A DNA stretch of 64,000 nt from Bacteroidota bacterium (GTDB lineage: Bacteria; Bacteroidota; Bacteroidia; NS11-12g; UBA955): contig CAUJCT010000047.1 in assembly GCA_963169345.1 (NCBI GenBank), forward strand, positions 47,076 through 111,075. The letters run 5' to 3'. Positions 8,953-20,041 of this stretch are shown in pieces; position 1 is the first letter of the stretch, and each line of letters starts with the position of its first letter. A program made the position numbers and the translations under genes. The notes under the pieces are model-generated. The model ran no database searches and was not told where the DNA came from. It saw only the letters and a list, made by a program, of their open reading frames with translations.

Positions 8953-11900
8953 TTACTTACTCACCACTATTGGTAAACTGATTGTCTTATCTCCAATTTG
9001 CACAACAACATGATACAAGCCCTCTGACCAATCATGAGTGTCAATAGACGGAAGATTACTCAAACGGATCTTATCTTGCTCATAAACCAAAACACCTTTA
9101 GAATCGTATACTTTTATATTCGTTAAACGATACGAATCATCTCCGGTGTATTGCAAATTGAATGCGCCATTTGTTGGATTCGGATAGACAAATAAGTTGC
9201 CCATTATATCATTGGAAAACAATACACGTGTTCCAAATGATTTCAAAGTGCCATTGGTTTGCAATCCCAGTAACTCATATACAACAGGGTAAACGGTTAC
9301 ATTGGCATCCCTCATGAAATACTGACTGCTTCCGGATGACATCTGACCCTGCATCCGACCTAACTCAGTGGTTTCAGAATTCACGGTTTTTCTTATGATG
9401 TATTGCACTATCTGCTTGTCGTCATGAGCAGTCCATAATATGTCTGCAACACCTTTCGAAACAGGTTTCACTTCAAAATTCAAAAGGTCTACAGGTAAGG
9501 CATTTCCACTTAGATTAAAGGTTAATGTACACTCTGTTTTAGCACATGGATTGCGATTTTCATCTATAACCAGAATATAACCCTGATTAGATTTGAGGCT
9601 ATCAAATGTATACAAGCCGGTTCCGTTTGCTATAATGGTTGTGTCGTGCTGCATGCCCAATCCAGGACAGGAACCTGAATCAAAAAGACTCAGTCGCAAA
9701 CCATAATAACAGTCGGTTGTATTCAGTATAGTAATATTGATTTGCTTTCGGTAGTTATATCCCACCGTGTGGAATCTGTAAAATATGGTATTACAGGCAT
9801 TGTATCCGGCAGTATTTGGTTCAGCTCCAAAACGTTTGGCACCGCATAAATCACCAAAGTAGGTGCCACCCGGATTGCTTATATCATCGGGGTCAAGACA
9901 CTGGTCATTAGGTTGTGGGTCGTCCAGAATGATGCGCATTGTATCCCTGCTTTTACATCCACCTCTGGCTACTTCCCATTCGTATGTATAACGACCACTG
10001 TCGAGATTGTTGACAAAACTGCCTGGGTTGTGCGGACTGAGAACATAAGGTGTATCAATGCCACTTATAAAATGCCAGGTGCCAGTGCCGCTGCTTGGTG
10101 TTGTTGCACTGAAGTAGGCTGAACCCAAACAGGTATTGATATCTGGTCCTGCATCACTCAGTGAAGGTATGGAATCTATACTTATTTCAACTGTATCCTT
10201 GGATGGGGGACAAACGCCGTTGATAACTGACCAGATAAATTGATACTGACCAGCATTGAGTCCCGTGATATACGAACTGAGATTATTAGGCGTTAATATG
10301 TTTGCTCCGCTTCCATTGATTTGTGACCATTGACCAGTCCCTATACCGGGTTGTGTAGCAGTAACTATAACCGGGTTGTATAAACAATAACCGCTATCAC
10401 CCGATGCCAAAGCTGCAGAAGGCAATTCATCCACCTGAATTTCCATGGTATCACTGCTGCTGCAATTGCCATTTTCTATAGTCCATACAAATCTGCTTAC
10501 ACCGGTATCCAGATTGTAAAGCACAGTGTTGTATAGTGTATCGTCAACAATGTTGACTGAATCGCCTGTTATTTGTGTCCATAATCCAGAACCAATTAGA
10601 GGACTATTGCCATTCATTATAAAGCTGTCATTGTCGCAGATATTGGCGAGATTACCGGCAATTGCTGTAGTTGGCTGATCATAAGGAACTGTAATTTCGA
10701 CGGTATCCATATTAGCTGGACAATAGCCGTTATTGACTCTCCATTCAAATTTGTATGTGCCTTTGATTAGGTTCTCAATAGTGCTGCCAGGATTGACACT
10801 AGAGCGAATAACAGCAGTATTAGGTCCGCTGACCTGACTCCATGATGCACTGTTTGTGCTGTTAAAAATGGCATTGAGTTGTGTAAATGGCGGACAAACC
10901 GAAGTGTCGGCTCCTGCGTCAGCCAGTACCGAACTGTCAAAATTGCGTATAACAACAAAATCACTTCTTTCACAACCGAGATTAGAGCTCTTCCATTTCA
11001 ATAGATACGACCCTCCGACAATATTATAAAACTGGCTGTTGTAAGAAGTACTGTTTGAAAAAGTGACAGTACTTGGACCACTCACCTGCGACCAGACGCC
11101 ATCGTCGGGACTCACATCATTAGCAGCCAGTTGCACTGTATCGGCATCACATAAGTTTTGATCTACCCCTGCAAAAGGAGATGTTGTGGAATCAAATACC
11201 CTGATGACAACTGAATCAAATGAAGCAGCACAGGAATAGCGCGGACGAATTTCGTACATGAATTTGTAAGGCGAGCCTGCTGATGTCAATTGACTCGCCA
11301 AAGCTTTGTTAGGTGTCAGAGAATCCAGTTGAGCACTATCACCCGAAACTTGTCTCCAGAATCCGGATGAATTGGTAGTCCCTGTAAGTGTGATATTGTA
11401 TTGTTTGCACAAATTTCTGTCAGTACCTGCATCCGCCGGAAACACAATAGTATCCTGTCGTAAAGAGTACAAATCAGGGCAAATACCCATTGGATTGACA
11501 GAGTTCCACTTAAATGTATATATACCGGCAGCCAGATTGCTTACTACTGCATAGCTTGAATCGATTCGGTTAATTGTTGCCTGCGTTGGATTATAACCTT
11601 GTAAGGACCAGTAACCTCTTCCTTTAGTTATTCTGTTGGCTTGTATAACAATGGTATTGGGATAACACCATAAATCTCCTGTTAATGCTTGTGGCACTGT
11701 TGTAGGATTGGCAACATTTATTTTAACATCATCATGTGATATACCGCAAGCTCCATTATCTATCGTCCATCTGTAAATATATGTTCCCTGTGCAAGGTCA
11801 GTTACCGGAGTTATAAAAGAATCCGGATACAGCATATTGCCATTGATTTGACCAATGAGCAGTGACCAGTGTCCAAGTCCATAAACAGGTTGATTTCCTC

Positions 11901-14184
11901 TTAAAACTATATCGTTTGAACAGGTGTCTCTGTCTGCTCCTGCAAATGCTGTTGTAACCGTATCCGATAAAGTAATGACAACAGTATCGAGTCCGGCATT
12001 GCAAAATCCGTTTCCAATGCTCCACTGATATTTATAAGTGCCCAGTCCTGACGGAAATACAAGGGTATTGTATACCGTATCATTGACAATACTATCCGAA
12101 GGTCCCGATATTTTAGTCCATTTGCCAGTGCCCGGCCATGGAATATTACCATCCAGAACAAATGAAGAAGTGGTATCGGGTAAACATCTGTCATCACCGG
12201 CATCAGCAGGAATGGCAGCAATATCCGAGGTAATAAATACATCAACAGTATCTGTATTAAATCCGCAGGAATTATAAACTTTCCAGATAAATTTATAGTT
12301 AATCGTAGAGTCCATTCCTGTGACTCTAGTAACATTGCTGTTGCTATCAGAGAATACCAGGCCGCTATCGGGTATTGCTTTCCATACACCCGAACTTCCG
12401 GGATTGGGCATATTGCCTTGTAAATGCAGGACAGAAAGAAAACAAATAGTTTGATCTGAACCACCCGCAGCTGCTGCAGGTAAGGTGTCTGCTACTAAAA
12501 CAGCCACATCATCCTGTGTTGGGTAACACGATTGTCCTCCGTTGATTAACCACCTGTAATTGTATAAGCCACCACTTAAGTTTCTGACAGTTGTGATGTT
12601 GTTTAAACTATCATCAATAATTGAGGAGGTCGGGCCGCTGTTTTGATACCAGGTACCAACTCCGGGAGCCGGAATATTAGCAGCCAGCTGTGTTGTGTCA
12701 ACATTGCAGTCTAAGCGTTGAGCACTTCCCGCATTAGCATCATCAGGCTGATGCGAAACAATGAACTTTACATCTTCCTGTACGCCAATACAACTTTGAC
12801 CTGTACCTGATGTTTGGGTAATTCTGAAAATATAAACGCCTGAACTATCCATACCGCTGACACTTGTATAGCGACTCAGTGTATCGCTGCCATTATATAA
12901 TCCTGTTAATGCCAGTTTAGGTCCTGAAACCTGCGAAAAGTTAGTGTATAATCCACCTGTAAAATTATATCTCAATATAGCAGTATCCTGATCGCAAGGC
13001 AATATGCGGTCTTGAAATACATCCAGTGTTGGTGTATCAAGATAGCTAATGGTAAATAAAGCCGTGCTTCTGCAACCGGTAAGTCCATTGGCCATGATGT
13101 ATTGAAATTGATAAATATCACCGCCCTGACCTCTTAAATTGCTAACAGTAGTTGTAGGTGCATTTACAGGATTAAAAACAACAGTTGTTGGTCCACCGAG
13201 TTGTATCCACGAACTTGTATCATTTCTGTAAATTGGCACAGCGCCATTGAGAGTTACTGAAGTTGGGCGGTCGCATAAATAAATGGTTTGTCCGACACTT
13301 GGAGAAAGTTCACCCAATGGGGGAGGAACCTTTACTTTTATTGTATCTACGCCACTTGCGCAGGGACCATTCACTCTGTATTCAAACATGTAAGTCCCTT
13401 GAATCATAAAGCTGACATTACCTGTATTGTTATTGGATACCAAAAGCGGATTAGACGGCCCACTGATGGTTGTCCATTGCCCGGATTGACCTCCCAGTCC
13501 TGTTCCGGAATAAGAACCGGTTAATACAGTTGTCTGGTAAACAGAATAGCACTGACTCAGTTCTATGCTATCTCCACTCCAGATGGAAACTGGATTATAA
13601 CCGCCGTAATTGATATATTGAACATCGTCAGAAGAGCTACAGCCATTGGAGTTTGAAATTGTCCAGGTTAATAAACTGAGACCACCATTTGTTGCTCCTA
13701 AAGCAATTTGAGATTGCGGATTATTAAGTTGACCAATACTGGCACTTCCGTTGTTGACAGTGTAGGTCCAGACACCAGTTTCACCACTTCCGGGTGTATT
13801 GGCTGCCAGGGTGTCATTGCCCGGACACATGGATTTATCAGGTCCCGCATTGGCTCTCGTTACACCAAGAATAGTTATCGTAACAATGTCGTTGGCGTTA
13901 GAGCCATCCTGACAGCGATTGCGAATATTAAAAACCATGGTACCCGGAACTTTTCCTGAAATCTGAGTATTTAGGCTATTTGGACTATTAATGATAACAG
14001 AAGGGCCTGATACCTGAGTCCATGTTGATGAACCAACTAAATTACCTGCACGGTTACCTGTTAAAGTGATGGTATCATTGACACAATAGGTGCGGTCTAC
14101 ACCAGCGTTAACTGTGCAGTTTTGTGCCTTTAATGCGGAAAGGCTAATGGATAAAAGAAATAGTGATAGTAGTAGTTTTCTCAT
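8953..14184 (-). CDS. giant (1743 aa) T9SS type-A cargo / adhesin-like cell-surface protein with at least 9 internal repeats
   Basis: Signal peptide MRKLLLSLFLLSISLSALKAQ. Recurrent ~80-aa modules marked by W(T/S)Q(V/I)SGPS. C-terminal Por-secretion tail (VYPNPTNGAFNLQY...VYDSKGVLV...GLYHVVVQ). Confidence 0.8.
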   Translation of the reverse strand: MRKLLLSLFLLSISLSALKAQNCTVNAGVDRTYCVNDTITLTGNRAGNLVGSSTWTQVSGPSVIINSPNSLNTQISGKVPGTMVFNIRNRCQDGSNANDIVTITILGVTRANAGPDKSMCPGNDTLAANTPGSGETGVWTYTVNNGSASIGQLNNPQSQIALGATNGGLSLLTWTISNSNGCSSSDDVQYINYGGYNPVSIWSGDSIELSQCYSVYQTTVLTGSYSGTGLGGQSGQWTTISGPSNPLLVSNNNTGNVSFMIQGTYMFEYRVNGPCASGVDTIKVKVPPPLGELSPSVGQTIYLCDRPTSVTLNGAVPIYRNDTSSWIQLGGPTTVVFNPVNAPTTTVSNLRGQGGDIYQFQYIMANGLTGCRSTALFTISYLDTPTLDVFQDRILPCDQDTAILRYNFTGGLYTNFSQVSGPKLALTGLYNGSDTLSRYTSVSGMDSSGVYIFRITQTSGTGQSCIGVQEDVKFIVSHQPDDANAGSAQRLDCNVDTTQLAANIPAPGVGTWYQNSGPTSSIIDDSLNNITTVRNLSGGLYNYRWLINGGQSCYPTQDDVAVLVADTLPAAAAGGSDQTICFLSVLHLQGNMPNPGSSGVWKAIPDSGLVFSDSNSNVTRVTGMDSTINYKFIWKVYNSCGFNTDTVDVFITSDIAAIPADAGDDRCLPDTTSSFVLDGNIPWPGTGKWTKISGPSDSIVNDTVYNTLVFPSGLGTYKYQWSIGNGFCNAGLDTVVITLSDTVTTAFAGADRDTCSNDIVLRGNQPVYGLGHWSLLIGQINGNMLYPDSFITPVTDLAQGTYIYRWTIDNGACGISHDDVKINVANPTTVPQALTGDLWCYPNTIVIQANRITKGRGYWSLQGYNPTQATINRIDSSYAVVSNLAAGIYTFKWNSVNPMGICPDLYSLRQDTIVFPADAGTDRNLCKQYNITLTGTTNSSGFWRQVSGDSAQLDSLTPNKALASQLTSAGSPYKFMYEIRPRYSCAASFDSVVIRVFDSTTSPFAGVDQNLCDADTVQLAANDVSPDDGVWSQVSGPSTVTFSNSTSYNSQFYNIVGGSYLLKWKSSNLGCERSDFVVIRNFDSSVLADAGADTSVCPPFTQLNAIFNSTNSASWSQVSGPNTAVIRSSVNPGSTIENLIKGTYKFEWRVNNGYCPANMDTVEITVPYDQPTTAIAGNLANICDNDSFIMNGNSPLIGSGLWTQITGDSVNIVDDTLYNTVLYNLDTGVSRFVWTIENGNCSSSDTMEIQVDELPSAALASGDSGYCLYNPVIVTATQPGIGTGQWSQINGSGANILTPNNLSSYITGLNAGQYQFIWSVINGVCPPSKDTVEISIDSIPSLSDAGPDINTCLGSAYFSATTPSSGTGTWHFISGIDTPYVLSPHNPGSFVNNLDSGRYTYEWEVARGGCKSRDTMRIILDDPQPNDQCLDPDDISNPGGTYFGDLCGAKRFGAEPNTAGYNACNTIFYRFHTVGYNYRKQINITILNTTDCYYGLRLSLFDSGSCPGLGMQHDTTIIANGTGLYTFDSLKSNQGYILVIDENRNPCAKTECTLTFNLSGNALPVDLLNFEVKPVSKGVADILWTAHDDKQIVQYIIRKTVNSETTELGRMQGQMSSGSSQYFMRDANVTVYPVVYELLGLQTNGTLKSFGTRVLFSNDIMGNLFVYPNPTNGAFNLQYTGDDSYRLTNIKVYDSKGVLVYEQDKIRLSNLPSIDTHDWSEGLYHVVVQIGDKTISLPIVVSK

Positions 14185-14255
14185 CCTTTACACCTGAATA
14201 GACGACGAAAATAGTCATAAGGTGACTTAAAGTGAGAATTTTTCTTAAAAAATGG

Positions 14256-14275
14256 GGATAACCTGACAATTATCC
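14256..14275 (-). terminator. weak intrinsic terminator hairpin overlapping the ppiB stop
   Basis: On the minus strand GGATAA-ttgtcagg-TTATCC is followed by CCATTTTTT. The stem is only 6 bp. Confidence 0.3.
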
Positions 14276-14818
14276 AAGCAAAGCAGCGCTGGTAGGCACT
14301 ACAGTCGGATCGTAATTTTTAACACTTTCACCATGGCGCACTATCTTTAAAGATTCAATTTTATCGCCTTGTTGAATAGCATCTACCACACTTTGACCTT
14401 CAACAACATGGCCAAATACGGAGTGTTTACCATCTAGCCATGGGGTAGGGACGTGAGTGATGAAAAATTGACTGCCATTGGAAAATGGGCCTGCATTAGC
14501 CATAGATAAAATACCCGGGCCCTTATGGGTTAATGATGGGTGGAATTCGTCTTTGAATCTGTAGCCTGGACCACCTGCTCCGGTGCCGTTAGGGTCGCCT
14601 CCCTGAATCATGAAATCAGGAATTACTCTGTGGAAACTCAATCCGTCATAATAAGGAACTCCCTCAGCTTTAGCCTTATTGGCCAGTTTGCCCTCTGCCA
14701 GTCCAACAAAATTAGCAACTGTTAGAGGTGTTTTTTGATATTCGAGCGATAAAACGATGGTACCTTTATTGGTATTCATTTCGGCATAGATGCCTTCCGG
14801 AAGTTGGCTGTAATCCAT
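14270..14818 (-). CDS. ppiB: peptidyl-prolyl cis-trans isomerase, cyclophilin type
   Basis: [29 protein letters not shown] and [12 protein letters not shown] cyclophilin signatures. Confidence 0.9.
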   Translation of the reverse strand: MDYSQLPEGIYAEMNTNKGTIVLSLEYQKTPLTVANFVGLAEGKLANKAKAEGVPYYDGLSFHRVIPDFMIQGGDPNGTGAGGPGYRFKDEFHPSLTHKGPGILSMANAGPFSNGSQFFITHVPTPWLDGKHSVFGHVVEGQSVVDAIQQGDKIESLKIVRHGESVKNYDPTVVPTSAALLG

Positions 14819-15062
14819 TTTTGAAAATTATTTTGGCCTGCGAAATTAGTTGTATTTTTTGTCAGGAACAAATGAAGGAAGGGATATTTAATCTATGCTG
14901 TTTTTGAGTTAAAATAGATGAGATTTCACGCTGTTATTTAGATATCAGATAGCTTCAGATTCAACAGATTCAAGCGTTTGCCGCTTAAGACCGCTTTTTA
15001 GTATATTTTTTCGTAACATTGCAAATTATTTCCAAATAAATCGAAGCATATCAAAGAAGTTA

Positions 15063-17108
15063 ATGGTGACGAAAGAAATATTGCTCAATGCCTATACCCT
15101 CATGTGTAAAGCCCGCGCAATGGCGGCTATTTACGAAGAAAACAGACCTATAACCAAATACGTGCACTCTACCAGCAAGGGACATGAAGCTATTCAACTG
15201 GCTGCAGGTTTTTTGCTTAAGTCTATAGATTACGCAGCCCCCTACTATCGTGACGAAAGTTTGCTTCTGGCAATGGGTATGACGCCATACGAGCTTATGC
15301 TGCAATTGCTGGCTAAAGCCGATGACCCTTTCTCCGGCGGTCGTTCTTATTACTCTCACCCTTCTCTTAATCGCGATAATATGCCTAAGATGCCGCACCA
15401 AAGCAGTGCTACAGGCATGCAGGCTATTCCGGCTACCGGTATGGCACATGGTATTAAATACAAAGAGTCGCAAAAAATGATATACACGGCTGAAATGCCT
15501 GTCGTTTTATGCAGTATCGGCGATGGTAGTATGACCGAAGGTGAAGTGAGTGAAGCCTTGCAAATGGCTGTACTCAAAGAGTTGCCAATTCTGTATTTGG
15601 TGCAGGACAACGACTGGGGAATTTCTGCAAGTGGTGATGAAATGAGAGCAATGGATGCTTATGAGTTTGCTGCAGGCTTTAAAGGACTGAGAAGAGCACG
15701 AACAGATGGCAGTGATTTTGTAACCAGTTATGAGGATGTGAAATCGGCAATTGACTGGGTGCGAAAAAATAGAAAACCAATGCTCCTCCACGCCAAAGTA
15801 CCTCTGTTGGGGCACCATACCAGCGGCGTGAGAAGTGAATGGTACCGCGACGATCTTGAAGTGGATTTGCAAGATGATCCATTTCCTAAACTTAAAAATA
15901 CCTTGCTCGAACTCGGTGAATCTGAATCTTTGCTCGAGCAAATCAATAATGATGCAGTTGCTGAAATTGCAGATAGTTTTAACAGAGCCGTAAATGCGGC
16001 AGATCCAAGTCCGGAAAGTCTGTATCTGCATGAATTTGCCCCAACTCCTGTCACCGAAGAAAAAGGAACCAGGTCACCAGAAGGTCGCGAACCTGTTGTT
16101 ATGGTAGATGCTGCCCTCTATGCCTGCGATGAAATATTGAAGAACCATCCGGAAGCTTTGTTGTATGGTCAGGATGTCGGAGTAAGACTCGGTGGTGTAT
16201 TCAGAGAAGCCGCTACATTGGCTAAAAAATATGGTAAAGACAGGGTGTTCAATACCCCAATTCAGGAAGCTTATATTGTTGGTTCAACCGTTGGTATGAG
16301 TGCAGTGGGTTGTAAGCCTATAGTTGAAATACAATTTGCAGATTATATCTGGCCAGGTGTCAATCAGCTTGTTGAAGAACTCTCTAAAAGTTGCTATTTG
16401 TCCAATGGAAAATATCCCGTTCAGTCTTTGATTCGTATACCTACAGGTGCTTATGGTGGTGGCGGTCCTTATCACAGTGGCACCGTCGAAAGCAGTATAC
16501 TTCAGATAAAGGGTATTAAGGTGGTTTATCCCAGCAATGCTGCGGATATGAAAGGCCTGCTCAAAGCTGCATTCTACGACCCTAATCCGGTTGTGATGTT
16601 CGAACACAAGGGATTGTATTGGAGTAAAGTGCCGGGAACAGAAGCGGCTAAATGCCCTGAACCTTCCGAAGATTATATCATTCCTCTCGGTAAAGCCCGC
16701 ACTGTTCTTGAAGCCTCTCCTGAAGCTGTTAAATACGGTGAATCAATAGCAGTTATTACCTATGGTATGGGTGTTTACTGGGCTTCAAATGCCGCCAAAC
16801 AATACGAAGGTAATGTGGAAGTTGTTGATTTAAGAACTTTGAATCCTTGTGATGACGAAGCCATTTTTGAAGCAACTAAAAAGCATGGTAAAGTGATGGT
16901 GTTAACTGAGGAAACTCTGAGAAATTCATTTGCCGAAGCTATTGCCGGTCGCATACAAAAAAATTGTTTTCAGTATCTCGATGCTCCGGTAGAAATCATA
17001 GGTTCAGCTAATTTACCTGCTGTGCCTTTGAATTTGGGACTCGAAAAGGAAATGCTTCCCAATGCAGATAAAGTAGCGGATGCTATAGGCCGTTTGCTGT
17101 ATTCATAA
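15063..17108 (+). CDS. fused alpha/beta E1 component of a 2-oxoacid dehydrogenase complex (branched-chain/pyruvate type)
   Basis: 681 aa. The N-terminal half has the TPP-binding alpha-subunit motifs. The C-terminal half has the transketolase-like beta-subunit motifs (YGQDVG...GGVFR, EIQFADYI). Confidence 0.8.
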   Translation: MVTKEILLNAYTLMCKARAMAAIYEENRPITKYVHSTSKGHEAIQLAAGFLLKSIDYAAPYYRDESLLLAMGMTPYELMLQLLAKADDPFSGGRSYYSHPSLNRDNMPKMPHQSSATGMQAIPATGMAHGIKYKESQKMIYTAEMPVVLCSIGDGSMTEGEVSEALQMAVLKELPILYLVQDNDWGISASGDEMRAMDAYEFAAGFKGLRRARTDGSDFVTSYEDVKSAIDWVRKNRKPMLLHAKVPLLGHHTSGVRSEWYRDDLEVDLQDDPFPKLKNTLLELGESESLLEQINNDAVAEIADSFNRAVNAADPSPESLYLHEFAPTPVTEEKGTRSPEGREPVVMVDAALYACDEILKNHPEALLYGQDVGVRLGGVFREAATLAKKYGKDRVFNTPIQEAYIVGSTVGMSAVGCKPIVEIQFADYIWPGVNQLVEELSKSCYLSNGKYPVQSLIRIPTGAYGGGGPYHSGTVESSILQIKGIKVVYPSNAADMKGLLKAAFYDPNPVVMFEHKGLYWSKVPGTEAAKCPEPSEDYIIPLGKARTVLEASPEAVKYGESIAVITYGMGVYWASNAAKQYEGNVEVVDLRTLNPCDDEAIFEATKKHGKVMVLTEETLRNSFAEAIAGRIQKNCFQYLDAPVEIIGSANLPAVPLNLGLEKEMLPNADKVADAIGRLLYS

Positions 17109-17296
17109 TTAAGATTTTAATCTACTTTCGTCGTATTTGCTGTTTTTTGAGATAGATCAACACGTCTCATTTTAAGCATTTTCAGTTTGCTTAATTATTT
17201 GATTATTAGAGCAATTGCGAAATTGCCCATGATTATTTAATTTGGAAATATTTTACTAATTTCTTATATTTGTAAAAACACAGATACAGTCAGCCT

Positions 17297-18208
17297 ATGG
17301 TTAGACCCCTACTTCCTATTCTCTTCTTATGTTTGTTTTCGATATTCGCTTGTAAAAAGAAGCAAGAGGATTATCCGAATAATGTACCTAAGAATTATGA
17401 CGATGTTTCCACCGTTAAGGTAGAAAATTATATCAATCGCATCTACATTGATTTACTTGGGCGAGAGCCATTGGATGCTGAAGTCGTGCGCGATTTGCAG
17501 ATTTTAAGAGATGGAAAACTTTCTTTCGATGTTCGGAAAACGATTATCAAAAGACTGATGACTGATACGACTTTCGTGGTAGGCGACTCATCTTATAAAA
17601 GAGCATATTATCAGAGAATATATGATTTGGCCAAGGCACGCTTACTGGAAGGGGCTTCTGACGGCGATTTTTATCAGCAAATTGGAATTGCGGAGTTTTC
17701 TTTAAAGGTATCCCGACTCAATGGCGATTCAATAGGTGTATACTCAGCGATGGCTACAATTGACAGATATAAAAATGTCATTAAATCCCGCCGTGAATAT
17801 CAACTCGGACTTATCAATATTGGTGAAATGTATGCGCGTATGCTGGACAATCCGATTTACGATATTATCAATATGAATTCACTCAATTTTGTCAATGCCT
17901 CATTTGATGATTTGTTTTTCAGATTCCCGACAAGAGACGAGTTTGAAATCGCTTATGGTATTATAGAAAATGGAACAGGCGGCGCTTTATTTGGCGGTTA
18001 CGCCTCAACAAAACCAGACTATTGCCGAGTCCTGGTCAATTCAAGAGAATTTCACGAAGGCATGATTAAGTGGGCTTATCTTACTTTAATAGGCCGTGAA
18101 CCTAATACTCAGGAATCATTTAACCTCATTCAGGATTATTATCTGACTGACGATTTTCAACAAGTTCAAATTAACATTTTAGCTACAGATGAATATGCGC
18201 ATTTTTAA
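17297..18208 (+). CDS. lipoprotein with two DUF1549-like (RIYIDLLGREP / LTLIGREPNTQE) motifs
   Basis: Lipobox LFSIFAC. Two repeated R-x-Y-x-D-L-x-G-R-E-P segments. First gene of a five-gene coupled operon. Confidence 0.55.
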   Translation: MVRPLLPILFLCLFSIFACKKKQEDYPNNVPKNYDDVSTVKVENYINRIYIDLLGREPLDAEVVRDLQILRDGKLSFDVRKTIIKRLMTDTTFVVGDSSYKRAYYQRIYDLAKARLLEGASDGDFYQQIGIAEFSLKVSRLNGDSIGVYSAMATIDRYKNVIKSRREYQLGLINIGEMYARMLDNPIYDIINMNSLNFVNASFDDLFFRFPTRDEFEIAYGIIENGTGGALFGGYASTKPDYCRVLVNSREFHEGMIKWAYLTLIGREPNTQESFNLIQDYYLTDDFQQVQINILATDEYAHF

Positions 18209-18689
18209 TACAGTTGGCGTTATGGCGCTTATAATGATATTGTCTGCCTGCAAGAAAAATACCGCTAATTACGGTGTAGTTCAGGTAAGCTCTAAAGGAA
18301 CCAATCTCAATAAAGACAAAGACAAATCAAATATTGAGTTTCATAGTATTTTATCGACCAATCTGTTTCAGAAACCTTCATCCATCAATGAATTGACAGC
18401 ATTAGACCGCGTTATTCAAAGTTGTGGTGACAAGGCTCTGATCAATGAGGTCATCATCAGCAATTACATGAATAAACCCAGTGTTAAATTACCAAGCAGA
18501 GCAATGATGGTAGATTCAACCGATCGTTTTATTGAGGAAACTTACATTAGATTTTTTATCAGAAGGCCAACAGTTGCGGAGATGACCTGGTTTAAAAATT
18601 TCATCAACGCTAATAAATCCAATCCCAATTTCAGACCGGAGCTGGTGTATACTGCTTTTGCAGCTTCAGATGAGTACATGTTTTATTAA
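18189..18689 (+). CDS. small lipoprotein, DUF1549 C-terminal-like motif
   Basis: Lipobox ILSAC. C-terminal motif YIRFFIRRPTVAEMTWFKNFI...ELVYTAFAASDEY. Overlaps the previous gene. Confidence 0.5.
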   Translation: MNMRIFNTVGVMALIMILSACKKNTANYGVVQVSSKGTNLNKDKDKSNIEFHSILSTNLFQKPSSINELTALDRVIQSCGDKALINEVIISNYMNKPSVKLPSRAMMVDSTDRFIEETYIRFFIRRPTVAEMTWFKNFINANKSNPNFRPELVYTAFAASDEYMFY

Positions 18690-18700
18690 ACAACATTATC

Positions 18701-20041
18701 ATGAAAAGAAGACAATTCGTAAAAAATGCAACGGCGCTCACAGCAGGCGGTTTGGTATTGCCTTACATTTTGCCATCCGGCAGATTATTTGCCCGCACCA
18801 ATGTGCCTAAAGCTGAATATGTGGTATTTGTAATGTTTGGTGGGGGACTGAGACAACAGGATTCAATCTTACAAAGATATTTGGCAGATAGCCAGGGATT
18901 CAATATTGAAGGCAATATACTTTACAACATTTTAGAAGGCGCAGCACCTGCATCAAAAATTGCTTATGGTACAACGCCTGCTGGTCAACCTAATGGCAGT
19001 CAGCCTATCCCTAAAATTTTATCTCAATCATTGCAAAAGCAAGGCACCATTTTCGCTGAAATGCGCGCTATTTCCGGTGGTCACTATGGTGGATGGAATT
19101 CTTTGATAACAGGAAGCAGGGTAGAAGGGCAGGGTTTAAAAGTTAGGCCAATCAATCCGACTGTGTTTGAATATGCCCGTAAATTTGGAGGCTTTAAAGC
19201 TACAGATGTTTGGTTCGTTGGCAATACCATCAGCAATTCTATTCCATTGCTCAATTCCAGTAAGCATCCTGATTTTGGTCTGGAATATGGCGCTAATTTT
19301 TTTGCACCAGGTGTAACATTTGGAGGTGATGGCATCGAAGCTTTGTCCAAAGCAAAAATCTATCATCCACAAGAGGAATTGGAACCTATGTATAAGATGA
19401 AAAATTTCCTCGACAATACATTCAATATCCGCAAAGGTGAAATGCCGGGTATTAAAAATACAGATGAGGAAAAAACTCAAATCAAGGAATTTATTTCAAA
19501 CACATTTCAAAGACAAGCTGCCGGACAGATTCCTATGCCGCCTGTATCGGGTGGTGATGGCACAACAATTGGTTATGCTGCCGAAGTATTGAGAGTGTTC
19601 AAACCAAAATTACTGGTGGTGAATTTAAGTAATATCGATGGCTGTCACAGCAACTTCACCGGTTATCTGCAAGCAATGCACAAGGCCGATCATGCTATGG
19701 GCTTTTTGTGGAATTACATACAAACCCAGATTCCTGAAATGAGCGGTAAAACCATCATGTTGTTTACCCCTGAGTGTGGTAGAAATCAACAACACAATCC
19801 AGTTCAGGACGAAAACGACTGGTATGGTTATGACCACGGTGATGCCAATTCTCTAAGAGTTTTTGGTGGTATGGTCGGTATGAATGTGCCTTCTAATTTA
19901 ATGATTGGCAATGAGAGTAATCCTATTGGAAAAGTAACGGATTTTAACTTGACTATAGCTGATATTTTAGGTTACAAGGACAATGTAAAATCTGCAGGTT
20001 TAATAGATCCGGAGGCAAAAAGTTTATTTGACAGAATATGA
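18701..20041 (+). CDS. twin-arginine (TAT) exported protein, DUF1501-like / alkaline-phosphatase-superfamily-like
   Basis: N-terminus MKRRQFVKNATALTAGGLVLP is a classic Tat signal. VVFVMFGGGLRQQDS resembles the DUF1501 N-terminal metal-site region. 446 aa. Confidence 0.5.
   Translation: MKRRQFVKNATALTAGGLVLPYILPSGRLFARTNVPKAEYVVFVMFGGGLRQQDSILQRYLADSQGFNIEGNILYNILEGAAPASKIAYGTTPAGQPNGSQPIPKILSQSLQKQGTIFAEMRAISGGHYGGWNSLITGSRVEGQGLKVRPINPTVFEYARKFGGFKATDVWFVGNTISNSIPLLNSSKHPDFGLEYGANFFAPGVTFGGDGIEALSKAKIYHPQEELEPMYKMKNFLDNTFNIRKGEMPGIKNTDEEKTQIKEFISNTFQRQAAGQIPMPPVSGGDGTTIGYAAEVLRVFKPKLLVVNLSNIDGCHSNFTGYLQAMHKADHAMGFLWNYIQTQIPEMSGKTIMLFTPECGRNQQHNPVQDENDWYGYDHGDANSLRVFGGMVGMNVPSNLMIGNESNPIGKVTDFNLTIADILGYKDNVKSAGLIDPEAKSLFDRI

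Noticed and set aside
8727-8981. Small ORFs (60-90 aa) called inside the repeat loci: 8727..8981, 8738..8941, 35767..35979, 42942..43187, 43013..43282 and 43039..43236, with peptides like ...CASKPLPCQSRRYG...
   Set aside because: They are translations of the repeated DNA in overlapping frames. They overlap each other, lack signal or start context, and their similarity is at the nucleotide level (palindromes, hairpins). Treated as non-coding repeat elements.
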